Below, in pieces: positions 41,401-53,173 of a DNA stretch of 64,000 bases; the stretch's first letter is position 1, and each line of letters begins with the position of its first letter. A model generated the notes under the pieces. It saw only the letters and a program-made list of their open reading frames with translations, did no database searches and was not told where the DNA came from. Source of the DNA: Takakia lepidozioides (taxonomy: Eukaryota > Plantae > Bryophyta); assembly GCA_030704615.1 (NCBI GenBank), contig CM060731.1, forward strand, positions 6,448,001 through 6,512,000. Reading direction: 5' to 3'. The translations under genes were made by a program, and so were the position numbers.

Positions 41401-42017
41401 ACTTGCTGTAGTCCAGCCCGGCCAGCTCCGACCGGTGTCCCTCCAGGTGAAGCCCTCGCAGAATTTCAAGAATAGATCGAACAGCGGTGCTCGTGCTGGG
41501 AATATGACTCCCTCCTCCACTGACATCCATTGAGGACTTGCCTGATCTCCAGGACGACCTCGGAACTTCCATGACCTCGTCTGAGTCGGACAGGTTGTGA
41601 ACAACCCGGTTCTCGCTCGTCTTCATGGATGGGTTCGGCTCTGGATTTACTTCGTTGCGGACTTCTCTCTTTGAGGTAGCCACTCTCTGATTCGCGGATT
41701 GTTTCATGGAAGGCGGCAGGATAGAAGGTGCATTTGGCGAGCAAATGAAGTCCCCAACAGCCCTGTATATGACGTTGTCCGATGGTGGAACTCGCCATTC
41801 CCTGCCATCGCCGAAATCATCGTGGAGCACAACAATACTCTCAACAACAAGGCCGTTTGAGTCCTTCCTTTCCTCCTCCAAAAAACCGACCCGGTTTCAG
41901 GTGGTATCGAACGCACAGATATTTCTCCATCACCCGGCAGATGTCCCCTCTGCACGGAAATGAAGCTCTATGCTCGTGAGGAGGGCAGTACACTTTAGCG
42001 CTTGGGTTTTCCGCCAT
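38428..42017 (-). pseudogene. MULE transposase: GCM/WRKY-like Zn domain, DDE core, C-terminal SWIM finger; copy B
   Basis: DGHPWC...CAGALRC...CAHC...C...HCH; VMFDH, GFMADNAQA, SCGFH, TTNLAESVH; SWIM CNCTDF...PCKH. 86-nt GT-AG intron 39932-39847; frameshifts at ~41880 and ~40300. Confidence 0.92.
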
Positions 42018-42249
42018 GGGAGATGTGCACACAAGACTGCCAGGATGGCGTGCGGGGAAGCTCCCTGATAGAAGGGGGATGCAGCGATGGGAAGGAATGC
42101 GGTGCCGATTTGTCCGAGCGACGAAGCCTGATCCAAATCCAGGGAGCCAACTATCTCAAAAATCCACAATCAGAGTGTTAATGAACCTTGTCTCAGGAAT
42201 GCGGCCCCTGGTCTTTGCGCAATAACTGCCAACGGTATGCAGTCAGAAA

Positions 42250-43870
42250 GTGGGGGGGCCGTCCGGATGATGACGGCTGAAGGGGAGAAGCCGGCACCGT
42301 GCCGTCACTTTACTACCCCCGAATGGAAATTCGGCACCCAATATCCAACGGGGGCCGCACGGATGAAGTCGTCTGGGGCATAGATGTCGGCACCTGTCCG
42401 ACAGAGAACATCCCCCGGACGGAAATTCAGCGCCGAATTTCCATTCGGATCCCCCCAAAGGAAGTCCTGTCGGGGGGTCAGGCCGAAAACTGGCCGACAT
42501 AAAAACCTACGCGGATGGAAAAACGGCGCCGAATTTCCATCCGAGGCCTTTTGGATGCAGTCGGCTCGGGGGAAAGGCCGCCATCTGGCCCTCACATTAC
42601 AACCCCCGGACGGAAATTCGGCACCGAATATACAACAGGGGAAGCCCGGATGAAGTCGCCTCGGGCGCAGAGGCTGGCGCGTGTGCGACAGAGAACATCC
42701 CCTGGATGGAGATTCGGCGCCGAATTTCCATCCGGGCCCCCCCAATGGAAGTCGTGTCGGGGGGTCAGGCCGAAAACTGGCCGGCATAAAAACATCCCCA
42801 GATGGAAAAACGGCGCCGAATTTCCATCCGGGGCCTTTCGGATGCAGTCGGGGAGGTGGGAGAGGCCGGCACCTGGCCGTCACATTTCAACCCCCGGACG
42901 GAAATTCGGCACCGAATATCCAACAGGGGACGCCCGGATGAAGTCGCCTCGGGCGCAGAGGCCGGCGCGTGTGCGACAGAGAATATCCCCTGGATGGAGA
43001 TTCGGCGCCGAATTTCCATCCGGGCCCCCCCAAAGGAAGTCGTGTCGGGGGGTCAGACCGAATACAGGTCGACATAAAAACCTCCCCAGATGGAAAAACG
43101 GCGCCGAATTTCAATCCGGGGCCGTTCCAATGCAGTCGGGGAGGGGGGAGAGGCCGGCACCTGGCCGTCATATTTCAACCCCGGATGGAAATTCGGCACC
43201 GAATATCCAACGGAGCGGCGGAGAGGCCGACACCTCTCCGACAGAGACCATCCCCCGGATGGAAATTCGGCGCCGAATTTCCATCGGGGCTCCCTCAAAG
43301 GAAGTCGCAGAAACCTCCCAGAATGGAAAAACGGCGCCGAATTTCCGTCCGAGGCTGTTCCGATTTGCCTCTAGCACTGAAGGATTCCAAGAAAAATCCG
43401 AAAAATCAATCGGACACGCTCAGAATTACCTGCAGGAAGGTAATTCCGCTCTCATAATTACCTGCAGGAAGGTAATTCAGCGTTTCGAAATTCCTGGCGA
43501 ATGGAAATTCGGCGCCAAAACCCGGATGGATGGAAATTCGGCGCCGGATTTCCATCCAGCAGGGATTCCAATTACCTGCAGGATGGAAATTCGGCGCCGG
43601 ATTTCCATCCAGCAGGGATTCCAATTACCTGCAGGATGGAAATTCGGCGCCGGATCTCCATCCATCCGCTCTCCGCCCAACCTTGCGGATGGAAATCCGG
43701 CGCCGGATTTCCATCCATCCGCCTCCGAATTACCTGCTTGAGGGAAATTTCGCGCGCCGCCCTACCTGCGCGGATGGAAATCCGGCGCCGGATTTGCATC
43801 CATCCGTACCTGCGTGAGGGAAATTTCGCTCGCCGCCCTACCTTGCAGGATGGAAATTCCGGGCCTAGTT
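42250..43870. repeat. Intergenic tandem arrays of element B: ~288-bp unit x~3.5, then 53-bp unit x~4, all built on GAAATTCGGCGCCGAATTTC
   Basis: GGATGAAGTC at 42361/42648/42936; GGATGGAAAT at 43528/43581/43634/43687; perfect 28-bp palindrome at 43258-43285. Confidence 0.93.
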
Positions 43871-44784
43871 CCGTCGATTTTCATCCGACATGGAGGGCTT
43901 CATCCGACATTTAATTGCGTAGTTGGGCAATAAATGTCCACCGCCGTCGGTTTTCATTCGGGCTGGCGACACATGGCTTCCTGGATACGTACCCTAAATC
44001 TCATGCTAATCTTGGCTTAACATGCTATTCGAGGCATGTACCCCAAAAACAGAGATCTTTTTCCATTTTGGCTGGGACTTATGCCGCCTGAAGGGCATGG
44101 CTCTCCTGAGAGAGACCTCACATCCAGACCGCGGCGGAAGTTGAAAGCTCTGTACTACGGACGACGGCCAATCTCTCGCATGGCCAAACTGAAGCTCCAG
44201 CAGGAGATTCCACTGTCTTGCTCACAACCCGCGCCAACTGAAGCCGAGTACTCTCGGGCAAGCCACTTCTGCTTTCGCTTTGTTCGATTTCTTTTTTGCT
44301 TTCGCTTTGTTGCCTCGCTTTGTTTTGCATCTTCATCCTGGCTTCGCTAGATGAGTGAACTTTAGATAGTTGAGTGAACCTTACATTGTTTGCAATGCGT
44401 GTGCAAATCCGGCAGCTGTGGAGAAGGCTGCTTGTGCATGTCATTCTCAGGCAATGGTTGCATTTGTTTTCATTGTTGTTGCATGGCTCTCCATACTTCC
44501 TAAACTTGTTATGTTTTCATTTTTGTTACACGATTGTTGCTATGGTGGTTGCGCTGCTCGTTGCGATGCTGGTTTTTGCACCGATGTTGGTTTTCACGAT
44601 TTTTGGAATGACAGAGTGACGACGAGCCCGGCACGCTGGGGTATCATCGACAGCTCCAACTCATCGCATGTTTGAATCGCCCAACTTGGGGCGAGAGGGC
44701 AAACTTCAACCTTTTGTTGGTGGACGGGAGGACTTGCAACGAGAGTACGACAGAATAGGCATTGGGGAGGTTGGTGCAGGCGGC

Positions 44785-47700
44785 ATGGCAGGTGAAGGGC
44801 GTGAGGACATGAGGACAGCAGATCCGGCAATGGAGGTTGTTCATGCACATGCAGTAGGGCCCGCCCACGCAAAGAAAAAGAAGAAAGCTAAGCACATGCA
44901 ATCCCGGCGAGAGAGCGTCACGGGCTGCGGAGGGGGGAGTGAGCAGTGCGCGCGAGGGTGTCAATTCGCCTCAATCAAAGGTGGTCGTCCTGGAGGGCTC
45001 CCCTGCTGCTAGCCCTAGTAAGAAACAGAAAGCCCGTGAGAGGGCAAAGAGAGGGCAAAAGAACAGACGAGACAGAATGCTAGCCAGGAGGAAAGAGAAA
45101 AGGCCACTGAAGAGGCCAGGGGTGCCCAAATGACAGATGCCAATGTAAGCGAGGGACGCACAGAGATGGTGGATCCCTCCAAGACACCACAGAGAGGCAG
45201 TAACACACCGGTTAGACCATCGCGGGCAAGAGCAGCCCCGCAATTACCATACGGTGGAGAGTGGAGGAGAGGAAAGAACACCAGAAAGAGCACGGATTGT
45301 GCAAGTTCGAGGTGAAGCCAGGGAGGAGGGCAGTAGAGTAGAGACGGGAGAGTGCTGGAGGTGGTTTCGCAGGTGGCTGACCCTGCTGAGGAGGACGACA
45401 GGGAGCTTTCTGACCAAGATGACATCCTCCTGGACATCCCAGGCCCAAACCCGGAGCATACAGGCTGGATTTGGCGGTCCTGGTGGGCTGCCGGGAAACC
45501 CCTCTGCAGCAGACGTCATGTCCGAGGCGGATATGAAGTTGGCCGCTGCCAAGATGTTGGAGGCAACCCACAGCAACATTGGCAGGGTGCTGGGGGCATG
45601 GTGTACCCGGCCAAGCTTCGAATTCCCCTTTGCCGCTTGGAGTCATTGCAGGTGGTGAGACCTGCCCTCCCAGGCGATATCGACAAGCTGAAATTCTCTT
45701 TCCGGGATGGATATCGAATGGGGTCTGCCGCATTTTACGTTTCCATTGAGAACGACCACGGAGCTTCCCATGCCCACACTTCCGATGAGGTGGACAAATG
45801 GGGTCCCCATTGGCAAACGCGAAATGAGCAGTTCGAGAGATCGATTGCTAGTGATCCTCTTTTCCAGCACTTGTCCGGTAAGATGTTCTACGTGTGGGAC
45901 GGCAATCATCGCCTCCTGGCATGGATGGAGCACATTGCCCAAGCCCACCCCAACGACCTCGATTGGCATTTCGCCGTGGATTGTGTTATGCTGAAGGTTG
46001 CGGGGCCCAAAGATCGCACTCTTCTCAAAGCTGCAATGGTCGACAACAACTCGTAAGCTACAACCCCTCTCGCTTTTGGACTTTGAATTTGGAAGTCATT
46101 TCATTGCGAATCCTCATATATGATGAAAATTCCCATTTCAGTATTGTTTGATGGAAATGTGGCACTGCAGGGTGACTGAGAATGCCTTCATTGCCACCAA
46201 CTTGTCCCATATGCTCTTCCGAGTGAAGGATGTCGGGAAGCAGGGGGTGCAAGAGTTTGCTAATTCCCTCAGTGCCGACCTCCTGCGCAAGTCGGAGGCA
46301 AAGGCAGACAGAACCTGGTATAGGCTGAGCGTCGACGCCATGGTGGACTACATATTTCGGGTAAAGCTCCTGACAGTTTTGTTGAGCTAATCTGTCTCTC
46401 CTCCCCCAATAGAAGAAATTGTGTTGAGCAGGATCTCTAATCTTATGTGCGCATTCTTGACAGATGAAAATACAGCAGGATTTGGCACATGCGCGAAGGT
46501 TCTACATGGAGTCAGAGGAGAAGAATCCAACCCTCCCGGAACTGGAATCGTATGTCAAAGCTGCGGAGGTGAGGGCCCGCATAAAGTACAAGTCGCGGAT
46601 GGTAAAGTACGTGGCCATAGCTGATCCCGCCCTTGGTGCCGACTTTCTGGTGGAGGTGGGGAAGCACTACTCTCGCGCTCTGAAGCCCACGATGACATTG
46701 GAGAAGCTCCATCGTCTAGCCACATCCTGTGTGGATGCAACAGAAAAGGTGATACATTCTTAACCAAATTGTGGTGGCAACAACTCTTTTTTGTGGTGTT
46801 TGGCGCTACGAATATGCTGGGTGGTTGGACAGACCCGGTGGCTCCAAATCTGGAATGGTTCCCAAAGTACCAGGGACATGTGGAGCTTCCCCAAACCGGA
46901 CAAACTCTCTGACCCCACATTCGACATGTGGATGAACCGCATGACATGGTGGTTTCGGGTACTTCCCCACGCTTCGTTTGGGGCTTCTACTCTAGTAGGG
47001 GGTGGATTCATTGTATTTTTTCAGGAAAGCGATCTGATGGAGAATCTCCACAGGTGACGACAAATGCGCAAGAGCAGCTGGACACACAAGCACATTAGTT
47101 CAAGATGGAGATATCTCCTGCAGCAGAGAGCCTACGTGACTATGTGACGAAGTACTTTCTGCTCTACAAAACCAACCTATTCTTTCGGGAGATAGCAGAT
47201 GCTCGCCGGAGCCACGAGTTCACCGACCAGCCGAACGCGGACAAAGCAGCAATGCGCCTTCTGTACAGGTACATACGCGCTGCCTTTCTTTGAAGTCCTT
47301 GCATTTCAGGATGTTAGAAGCCTCATGTGGTGTTAGGGAAAATGGCGCCAAATTTCCAGTTAGGGCTCCAAAAATGGCGAAGTCCCTAGACTGGCTGGCC
47401 CTGAACTGGAAATTCGGCGCCATTTTCCAGTTCTAGGCCCTATTGCCGTTCAGGGACTTAGCCATTTTCGGGCTAAGTCCCTAGGGTGGCTGGCCCCGAA
47501 GTGGAAATTCGGCGCCATTTTCCAGTTGTAGGCCCTATTGCCGTTCAGGGACTTAGCCATTTTCGGGCTAAGTCCCTAGGCTGGCTGGCCCTGAACTGGA
47601 AATTCGGCGCCATTTTCCAGTTCCAGGCCCTATTGCCGTTCAGGGACTTAGCCATTTTCGGGCTAAGTCCCTAGGGTGGCTGGCCCCGAAGTGGAAATTC

Positions 47701-50497
47701 GGCGCCATTTTCCAGTTCTAGGCCTTATTGCCGTTCAGGGACTTAGCCATTTTCGGGCTAAGTCCCTAGGGTGGCTGGCCCTGAACTGGAAATTCGGCGC
47801 CATTTTCCAGTTCTAGGCCTTATTGCCGTTCAGGGACTTAGCCATTTTCGGGCTAAGTCCCTAGGGTGGCTGGCCCTGAACTGGAAATTCGGCGCCATTT
47901 TTCCAGTTCTAGGCCCTATTGCGGTTCTGGGACTTAGCCATCTTCGGGCCAAACCGGGAAAAATGGCGCCGAATTTCCAGTTCAGGGCTCCCAAGATGGC
48001 TAAGTCCCTAGGGTGGCAGTCACCGAAAACCAAAATTCGGCGCCATTTTTCCATTTCTAGGCCCACTCACATCCGCCCCAACCTGGGAAAATGGTACCGA
48101 ATATGCATTTCAGGGACCTCATTGTGTTTTTCATGAATGCAGGTACTGCAAGTTCTCCCTTTTGGAGAAAGGTCATCTGTCTTTCGAGCCACCATTCTTC
48201 CTGGCATGGAGGAACCCTGGGGCTGACTCCATGTACACTGACGATATTGTGAAGGAGTGGCATCTGGAACATTTGCGTGATTGCCCTTGGTATGTGGACC
48301 TTCCGCCCGGCTCGCTCGACCCATCTGAGTTTCAATTGAAGCTGGATGCTGAATTTCGACGAAACCGGGCTCCGCTACCTCCATTGGGTGCAAAGAGGCA
48401 AAAGCGCTTGCGAACTCCAGGAAAGCGGCAGAGCTTGCTCAGGCAGGAATTCAGGAGAAATTGCATGAGAAGAGTAAAGGCCAAAGGAAAAGGACAAGGA
48501 AACAGGTGAGTGCAGTAACACCCAAAAAGAAGAAAACCATCGGGGCATCAGAGGAGGCGCAGGAGGGGACCCAAGAGAGTGACTCGGACGACGACTTTGT
48601 TCAAGGTCCTGCAACTGCTGTTGCTCCTACCCAGTCACCGGTCGTCCGGGTTCCCAAGTCAGTTCGGAGTGGGACTGGCTCTGCCAAGAAGTTGGCATTT
48701 GAGGGCGAGCCTACACGGCGGTATTCGGCGGTGACGTTTACGCACAGGCCAAAGCTAGAACCTCCAACCATCATCCAATGCGTCAATGAGAGCTTCCTTG
48801 ACGCTCTCGCTGCCAGGGCGAAGAAGGTGGCACACAGCAAGTCTCTGGCGGAGCAGAAGGGGAAAGCCAAGAAGAGGGCTGGCGGTACAGAGCCTAAAGA
48901 CACCCCTGGTTTTTGAAGCCATGATGGAATTCTTCACGGCTGTGAGCACGAATTGCAAGAGCACTCGGGGGGGGGGGGGTTGAGGTGGAGAGAGCTTGCG
49001 ACATAATTCTCCTCGACATTCCAGATGGGGAGCTGCTGGAGGGCCTGGATGGTGTGCCCACCTGGAACAGGTTTACTGAGGACTACTGGAAAGCCGGGTT
49101 TGGGCTGGTGGGGATGCTTCTGGATGACGATGGATGTGTGGTTGTCCTTGCCACGAGAGGGAAGACCACAGAGAATGCGGTGGCAAGGTGGACACCGAAA
49201 AGTGTCACCCCGGTCCTCCTCAGAAAATGGTTCTGCATCAGTACGCAGGGGTTGCGAACAGAGGGCCAAAGTGTAAGTTATCAATCTATTGCATTCACTT
49301 CATATTGTGGTGTATGTTAAGTAGACCCTGGAATTGATCCCTTCTTTGTTGGATGTGCAGACATTGGTGTTTGAGGCATATTGCTTTGTGAAGAGAGGGT
49401 CTACGTTCAAATTCCGCAACGACGGTCGTCTTGTTGATGCCGCTGTGGACCTTGTAACCTACGATGTCCTCTACAACTATGTGCCCCACTCTAGTATGCC
49501 GAAGGACACAAAGACAGGCAAACCGTGGCGGTACAGCCGGACCCGGAGCCCTGCTTTCATCCAAACCCTCATGGAGACGTGCTCGGATGTCCAAGGGCGG
49601 ATTCTGGACCTCACATGCGGCACGGATAAGCCTTCACGTGCTCAGTTTGTCCCCTGGCCCCATTGCAATTGCATGCCGCAAGCTATTAACCGCCCGCTTT
49701 GTTCCTCAGGTGCTTCAATGTGGGCAGGGACGTTGTCCGACAGGCATGTGTTCGCCTTCGAGCCAGATACTGCCCTCCACAACTCGGAACTTGCAGCGGC
49801 TGAACGTCTGCCGAAAGAGGAAGAGGCATCCTCGGAGGATGAGGAAAAATCCGAGAAGGAGCAGGGGGAGGAAGTTGGGATCGAGGCCGAGGAGCCCCCG
49901 GTTTACGAGTGAGTGGTGGCATTGTAAGTTGCCTCCAGATTTTGTGAGGCACCTCCCTCCGCTCTCTTATTTCATTGAAAACCCTTTCTGGTTGTGCTGG
50001 TATTGACATTCTTGAAGTGGATTTGTTCTTACTGTAGGATGCCAAGTACTGCCGGAGGGACGTCCACACCGGAGTTCATGGGCAGGAGGAACGTGCCTTT
50101 TTTTGCCAGGGGGGATTTCATGCCTAGTCCAGAAAGGGAGTACATCCTTCCTACTTATGCTGCCCGGCTTGCTTCGGTGTCCATTAGGAGGTGTTCCGAA
50201 CGTAGTCGTGTATAGCAGATTTTAGACGAGGCAAGCCTCAAGAAAATGAAGATGAGGGAGGAGGCAGCAGCTATTAGAGCCCGTCGGGCTCGTAGATTTG
50301 TCTTGGATTCTACTGAGGAAAGTGGGGGAGAAGACGCAGAAGATTCCCAAGAGGTGAGGTGGACAGTCCCCCAAGGAGAGGACGGGATTTTTGAGAGGCA
50401 TAGTGGAACTGATGCATCACAGAGCTCGGAGGATGAGGGGGATGAGGGGGATGAGGAAGAAGGTGGGGCAAGTTCCTCGGAGGGTGTAGGAGAGTAG
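44785..50497 (+). pseudogene. ParB/Srx-like + beta-class amino-DNA-methyltransferase-like fusion gene (multi-exon), copy B; start codon uncertain
   Basis: FYVWDGNHRLLAW; CDIILLDIPDG; LDDDGCVVV; spliced RILDLTCGT|GASMWAGTLSDRHVFAFEPD (SAM-binding motif I-II); acidic tail. Several frameshifts and stops, and a mutated donor at ~49626. Confidence 0.82.
47340..48050. repeat. Intronic 95-bp tandem array (x~6) in the ParB-MTase gene
   Basis: GCTGGCCC at 47394, 47489, 47584, 47679, 47774, 47869; each unit has AACTGGAAATTCGGCGCCATTTTCCAGTT and AGGGACTTAGCC-N7-GGCTAAGTCCCT. Confidence 0.95.
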
Positions 50498-52127
50498 TGC
50501 CCATTTCGGCTATGACAGTTAGAACACACTTGTATAGACGTGGCTTGCCACAAAATTTGCAATAAAATGTTGCATTTCAAGTCCACTGGTGCCACATTCC
50601 AACTTCACATGACCCTATTTCCGTGCCTCCTAACCCTATTTCCGTGGACTCACAATGGTCTGCTCATGCTTTTTTTTTTTCCCCGCTCATGCTCATGCCG
50701 CTCATGAAATAGCAGCCCCCCTGCCAGGACAACCACCACCAACTGATGCTAATAATCAGGCCAGTAAAAGGCCGCCTTTTGTTGGGGTGGTGCAGTCAAG
50801 AGTGAGACCAGAAGTGGAGCCACAAGAACGAAGCTTGGTTATGGAGGAGGGGCAAAGCCTGCCTGAGGAGAAAGAAAACAAGAGTGGCAACAAAGGTAAG
50901 GAAGAAGACTTGCCTGAAGACGACCATGAAGACATCCGGGAAAGAGGTCCCAATGCTGATGATGACACAAGCGCTGAGGAGCCTGAAGAGGCAGATTTGC
51001 AAAGAGAGGACGACCCACTTTATTGTGAGGAGGATTCATGGACAACTGAAGGACAGAAGCGAGAGTTGCTGCAAATGGCTGCTGAAGAATGTTTGCCAAA
51101 AGGAATAGGAAGCCCTGGTGTTTGCAAAACGAGCAAGGGGGAGCACCAACCTGATGTGTTCAATGATGTGCCAGTCATACATCGCATAGCTTTCAGGTTC
51201 ATCAATAATGATTTGACTGGAAGGGAATGCAGGAGAGTACAAAGCAGGGCCAGAAATAACCAGTGGAAAGTTCGACATTGGTTTTACAAAGGTCTTGTGG
51301 TACCAAGGAGCTTGACAAAGGGAGCGATCATCAGCAAAGTGCATGCAGGGATAGGACACTTTGGAGTAAGAAGCATCCAAGAACAAACCGGCTATGGGTG
51401 TTTATTCTGGCATGATCACGCAAAGGAAATCAAACTTGAAAACTCAGCCAGCTTTGAGCAGCGACTGCAAATGAAATTGAGGAGGCTGCAAGGACGTGAA
51501 CAACAGCAGGAGTGCAAGCTCATGGGAGACCTCAAGTGGCCAACAGGCAAAGCAGAAAATAAGGGAGAAAACAAACCTGATGTGTTTGACGATCCACAAA
51601 CCATACATCACTTTACTGGTGGCAAAATGGGTTGTTCGAGCCACAACCAGATGAAGGGTGCACGCCTAATCTTCCAAGGGCATATTGTACCGAGAAAAAC
51701 TAATAAGGAGGAGTTAACGCATTGGAAGCACAACTGGAAAAAAAGAAGTGATGATGCCGCTGATTTTTACTTGTTGGATCATATCACCAATGAGTATGAA
51801 TGCGGTTTGCTGCCAAAGCATGTGGCGATCCGCAACGGCAACATGCTTCACGTTGAGGATCGGGGAAGCTGTAGAGGACACTCATGATGACTGGCCAAAG
51901 GAAGCCCATACCAGAGACGACAAACAGGAAGAGTACCAGCCTGACCTGCTTGATGATGTGCAATCCAAGCATTACTTACCATTTGGAGTCATTAGGGAAT
52001 ACCTCACAAACAAGCAATGGACTCGGCCATGAAGGGAGCTGAAGGGAGTGTGCACAATGAAGACTTCAGCGCACATTGAGGATGCCCCCGAGGACGGAGA
52101 CAACCAAGGAACGGAGTGCATCACAGC

Positions 52128-53173
52128 TGTGGGTAAAAGGCGTGTGTCGGTAGGATTTTCAGACAAGGGATACTGTCGGAACAGGCATGTCGGCTCGACA
52201 GGAGAGATGAATGAAGTAATGGATGAAGTGGGGATGTGCAACAATCATCCAACATAATTCATTAAAGTGATCCCACGGATGAATGGATGGGGGTAGTGGA
52301 AATTTCATTCATTGAGTTTTAAGGGAAATGACAAAGTGGAGGGATGTGGGCACTGAATGGATGAATTGTCATACTTCATCCACGGAGTTATAGCTGCTTG
52401 CTAGATGAATTAAGGGTAGGTTAAAAGTGATTTTGTCTTATGTTGGCTAGATGATAAAGGGATAACACCCGTAGGCTGGCCAAATCAGTTTTTAGTAAGG
52501 GATCACATGGCACCATGGGATGCATTAAGGGCTGCCAGCTGACTTCCCAGAGGAGGGGAGGTGGCTGGGTAGGATTTAGGCTGGGATGGTGAGAGAGACA
52601 ACTCATTTTTGACATTGGAGCTTTTGGGAGCGTGAGGCCTCTTGGAGAGATGGATGCAACCTTATATGGAGCAAAGTGGAGTGGGCATTTGTGATCAAAC
52701 TTAGTTGGTACTTGGAACTAGTGTGGAATGATGAGTGTGTTTAACCATAGAATAGAATCAAAATTTAGCAATGCATGAAAGATAGAACTCTTGTTTGTTT
52801 GATGGCTGGAATGATAGCATAGTGCAGAACCAGAGTTAGACATGGCAATGACAACCAAGATCTTGAGAGCACTTAGTCAGCCTGAAGGTTAGTCCAGGCA
52901 ATATCCAAGTGCAAAACAAAAAACTATAGTAAGTCAGTTGAGCCATATAGATAGTGAGGGATCAGATTGTTGTAGTGTCACTGCCCCTATTGGTGGATAG
53001 TAGTTCTTCCAAACTAAGTTATGTGGGATAGCACACAGAAAACATGAGTGCTAGAGTAGAGATATCCCAAGGAGAAGGATGTTGTCTTCTCTTCCGCTGC
53101 GGCAGCATTCTATCCAAGGGGTATAAAAGGGTAAGACAAGGTAGAGTGAACCTTTAGGTAGGCCCTTCTTTTT
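52128..53173 (+). mobile_element. LTR (family L1), about 1.04 kb
   Basis: Near-identical reverse complement of 23835-24875; starts TGTGGGTAAAAGG. Confidence 0.9.

Larger units (their letters stand above)
37669..50720. mobile_element. Complete 13.05-kb Mutator-like DNA transposon B carrying a ParB-MTase gene
   Basis: 9-bp TSD CTGCCAGGA at 37660-37668 and 50721-50729; TIRs GAGGTTTGCTATTTCATGAGC / GCTCATGAAATAGCAGCCCCC followed inward by GCATGAGC(G) repeats; MULE transposase inside. Confidence 0.95.
32300..53173 (+). mobile_element. Degenerate L1-family LTR retrotransposon 3' part, interrupted by the CACTA (32434-37268) and MULE B (37669-50720)
   Basis: Pieces 32300-32433, 37269-37668 and 50721-52127 rejoin at the TSDs and resemble the 21-22 kb internal region; integrase Zn-finger remnant IISKVHAGIGHFGV at ~51330; ends in an LTR. 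Left boundary approximate. Confidence 0.6.

Noticed and set aside
42515-43741. 408-aa ORF and many overlapping ORFs
   Set aside because: Translation of GC-rich palindromic tandem repeats that are open in several frames on both strands; no protein signature
47340-48050. CRISPR-like array (palindromic repeats at regular spacing, also at 43500-43870 and 7480-8010)
   Set aside because: In the B arrays whole units are repeated with no unique spacers; there are no cas genes, and the context is eukaryotic and intronic/intergenic
44785-50497. Bacterial or prophage contamination as the source of the ParB-MTase
   Set aside because: The gene has spliceosomal introns shared between copies and lies within MULE TIRs/TSD nested in plant retrotransposon DNA
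50655-51887. 410-aa ORF as a third gene of element B
   Set aside because: It begins inside the TIR and reads across the TSD into degenerate retrotransposon pol sequence; chimeric
23835-53173. The two L1 LTRs as ends of one element or as giant TIRs
   Set aside because: Opposite orientation, no matching TSD, and each has its own overlapping internal sequence; best read as two insertions
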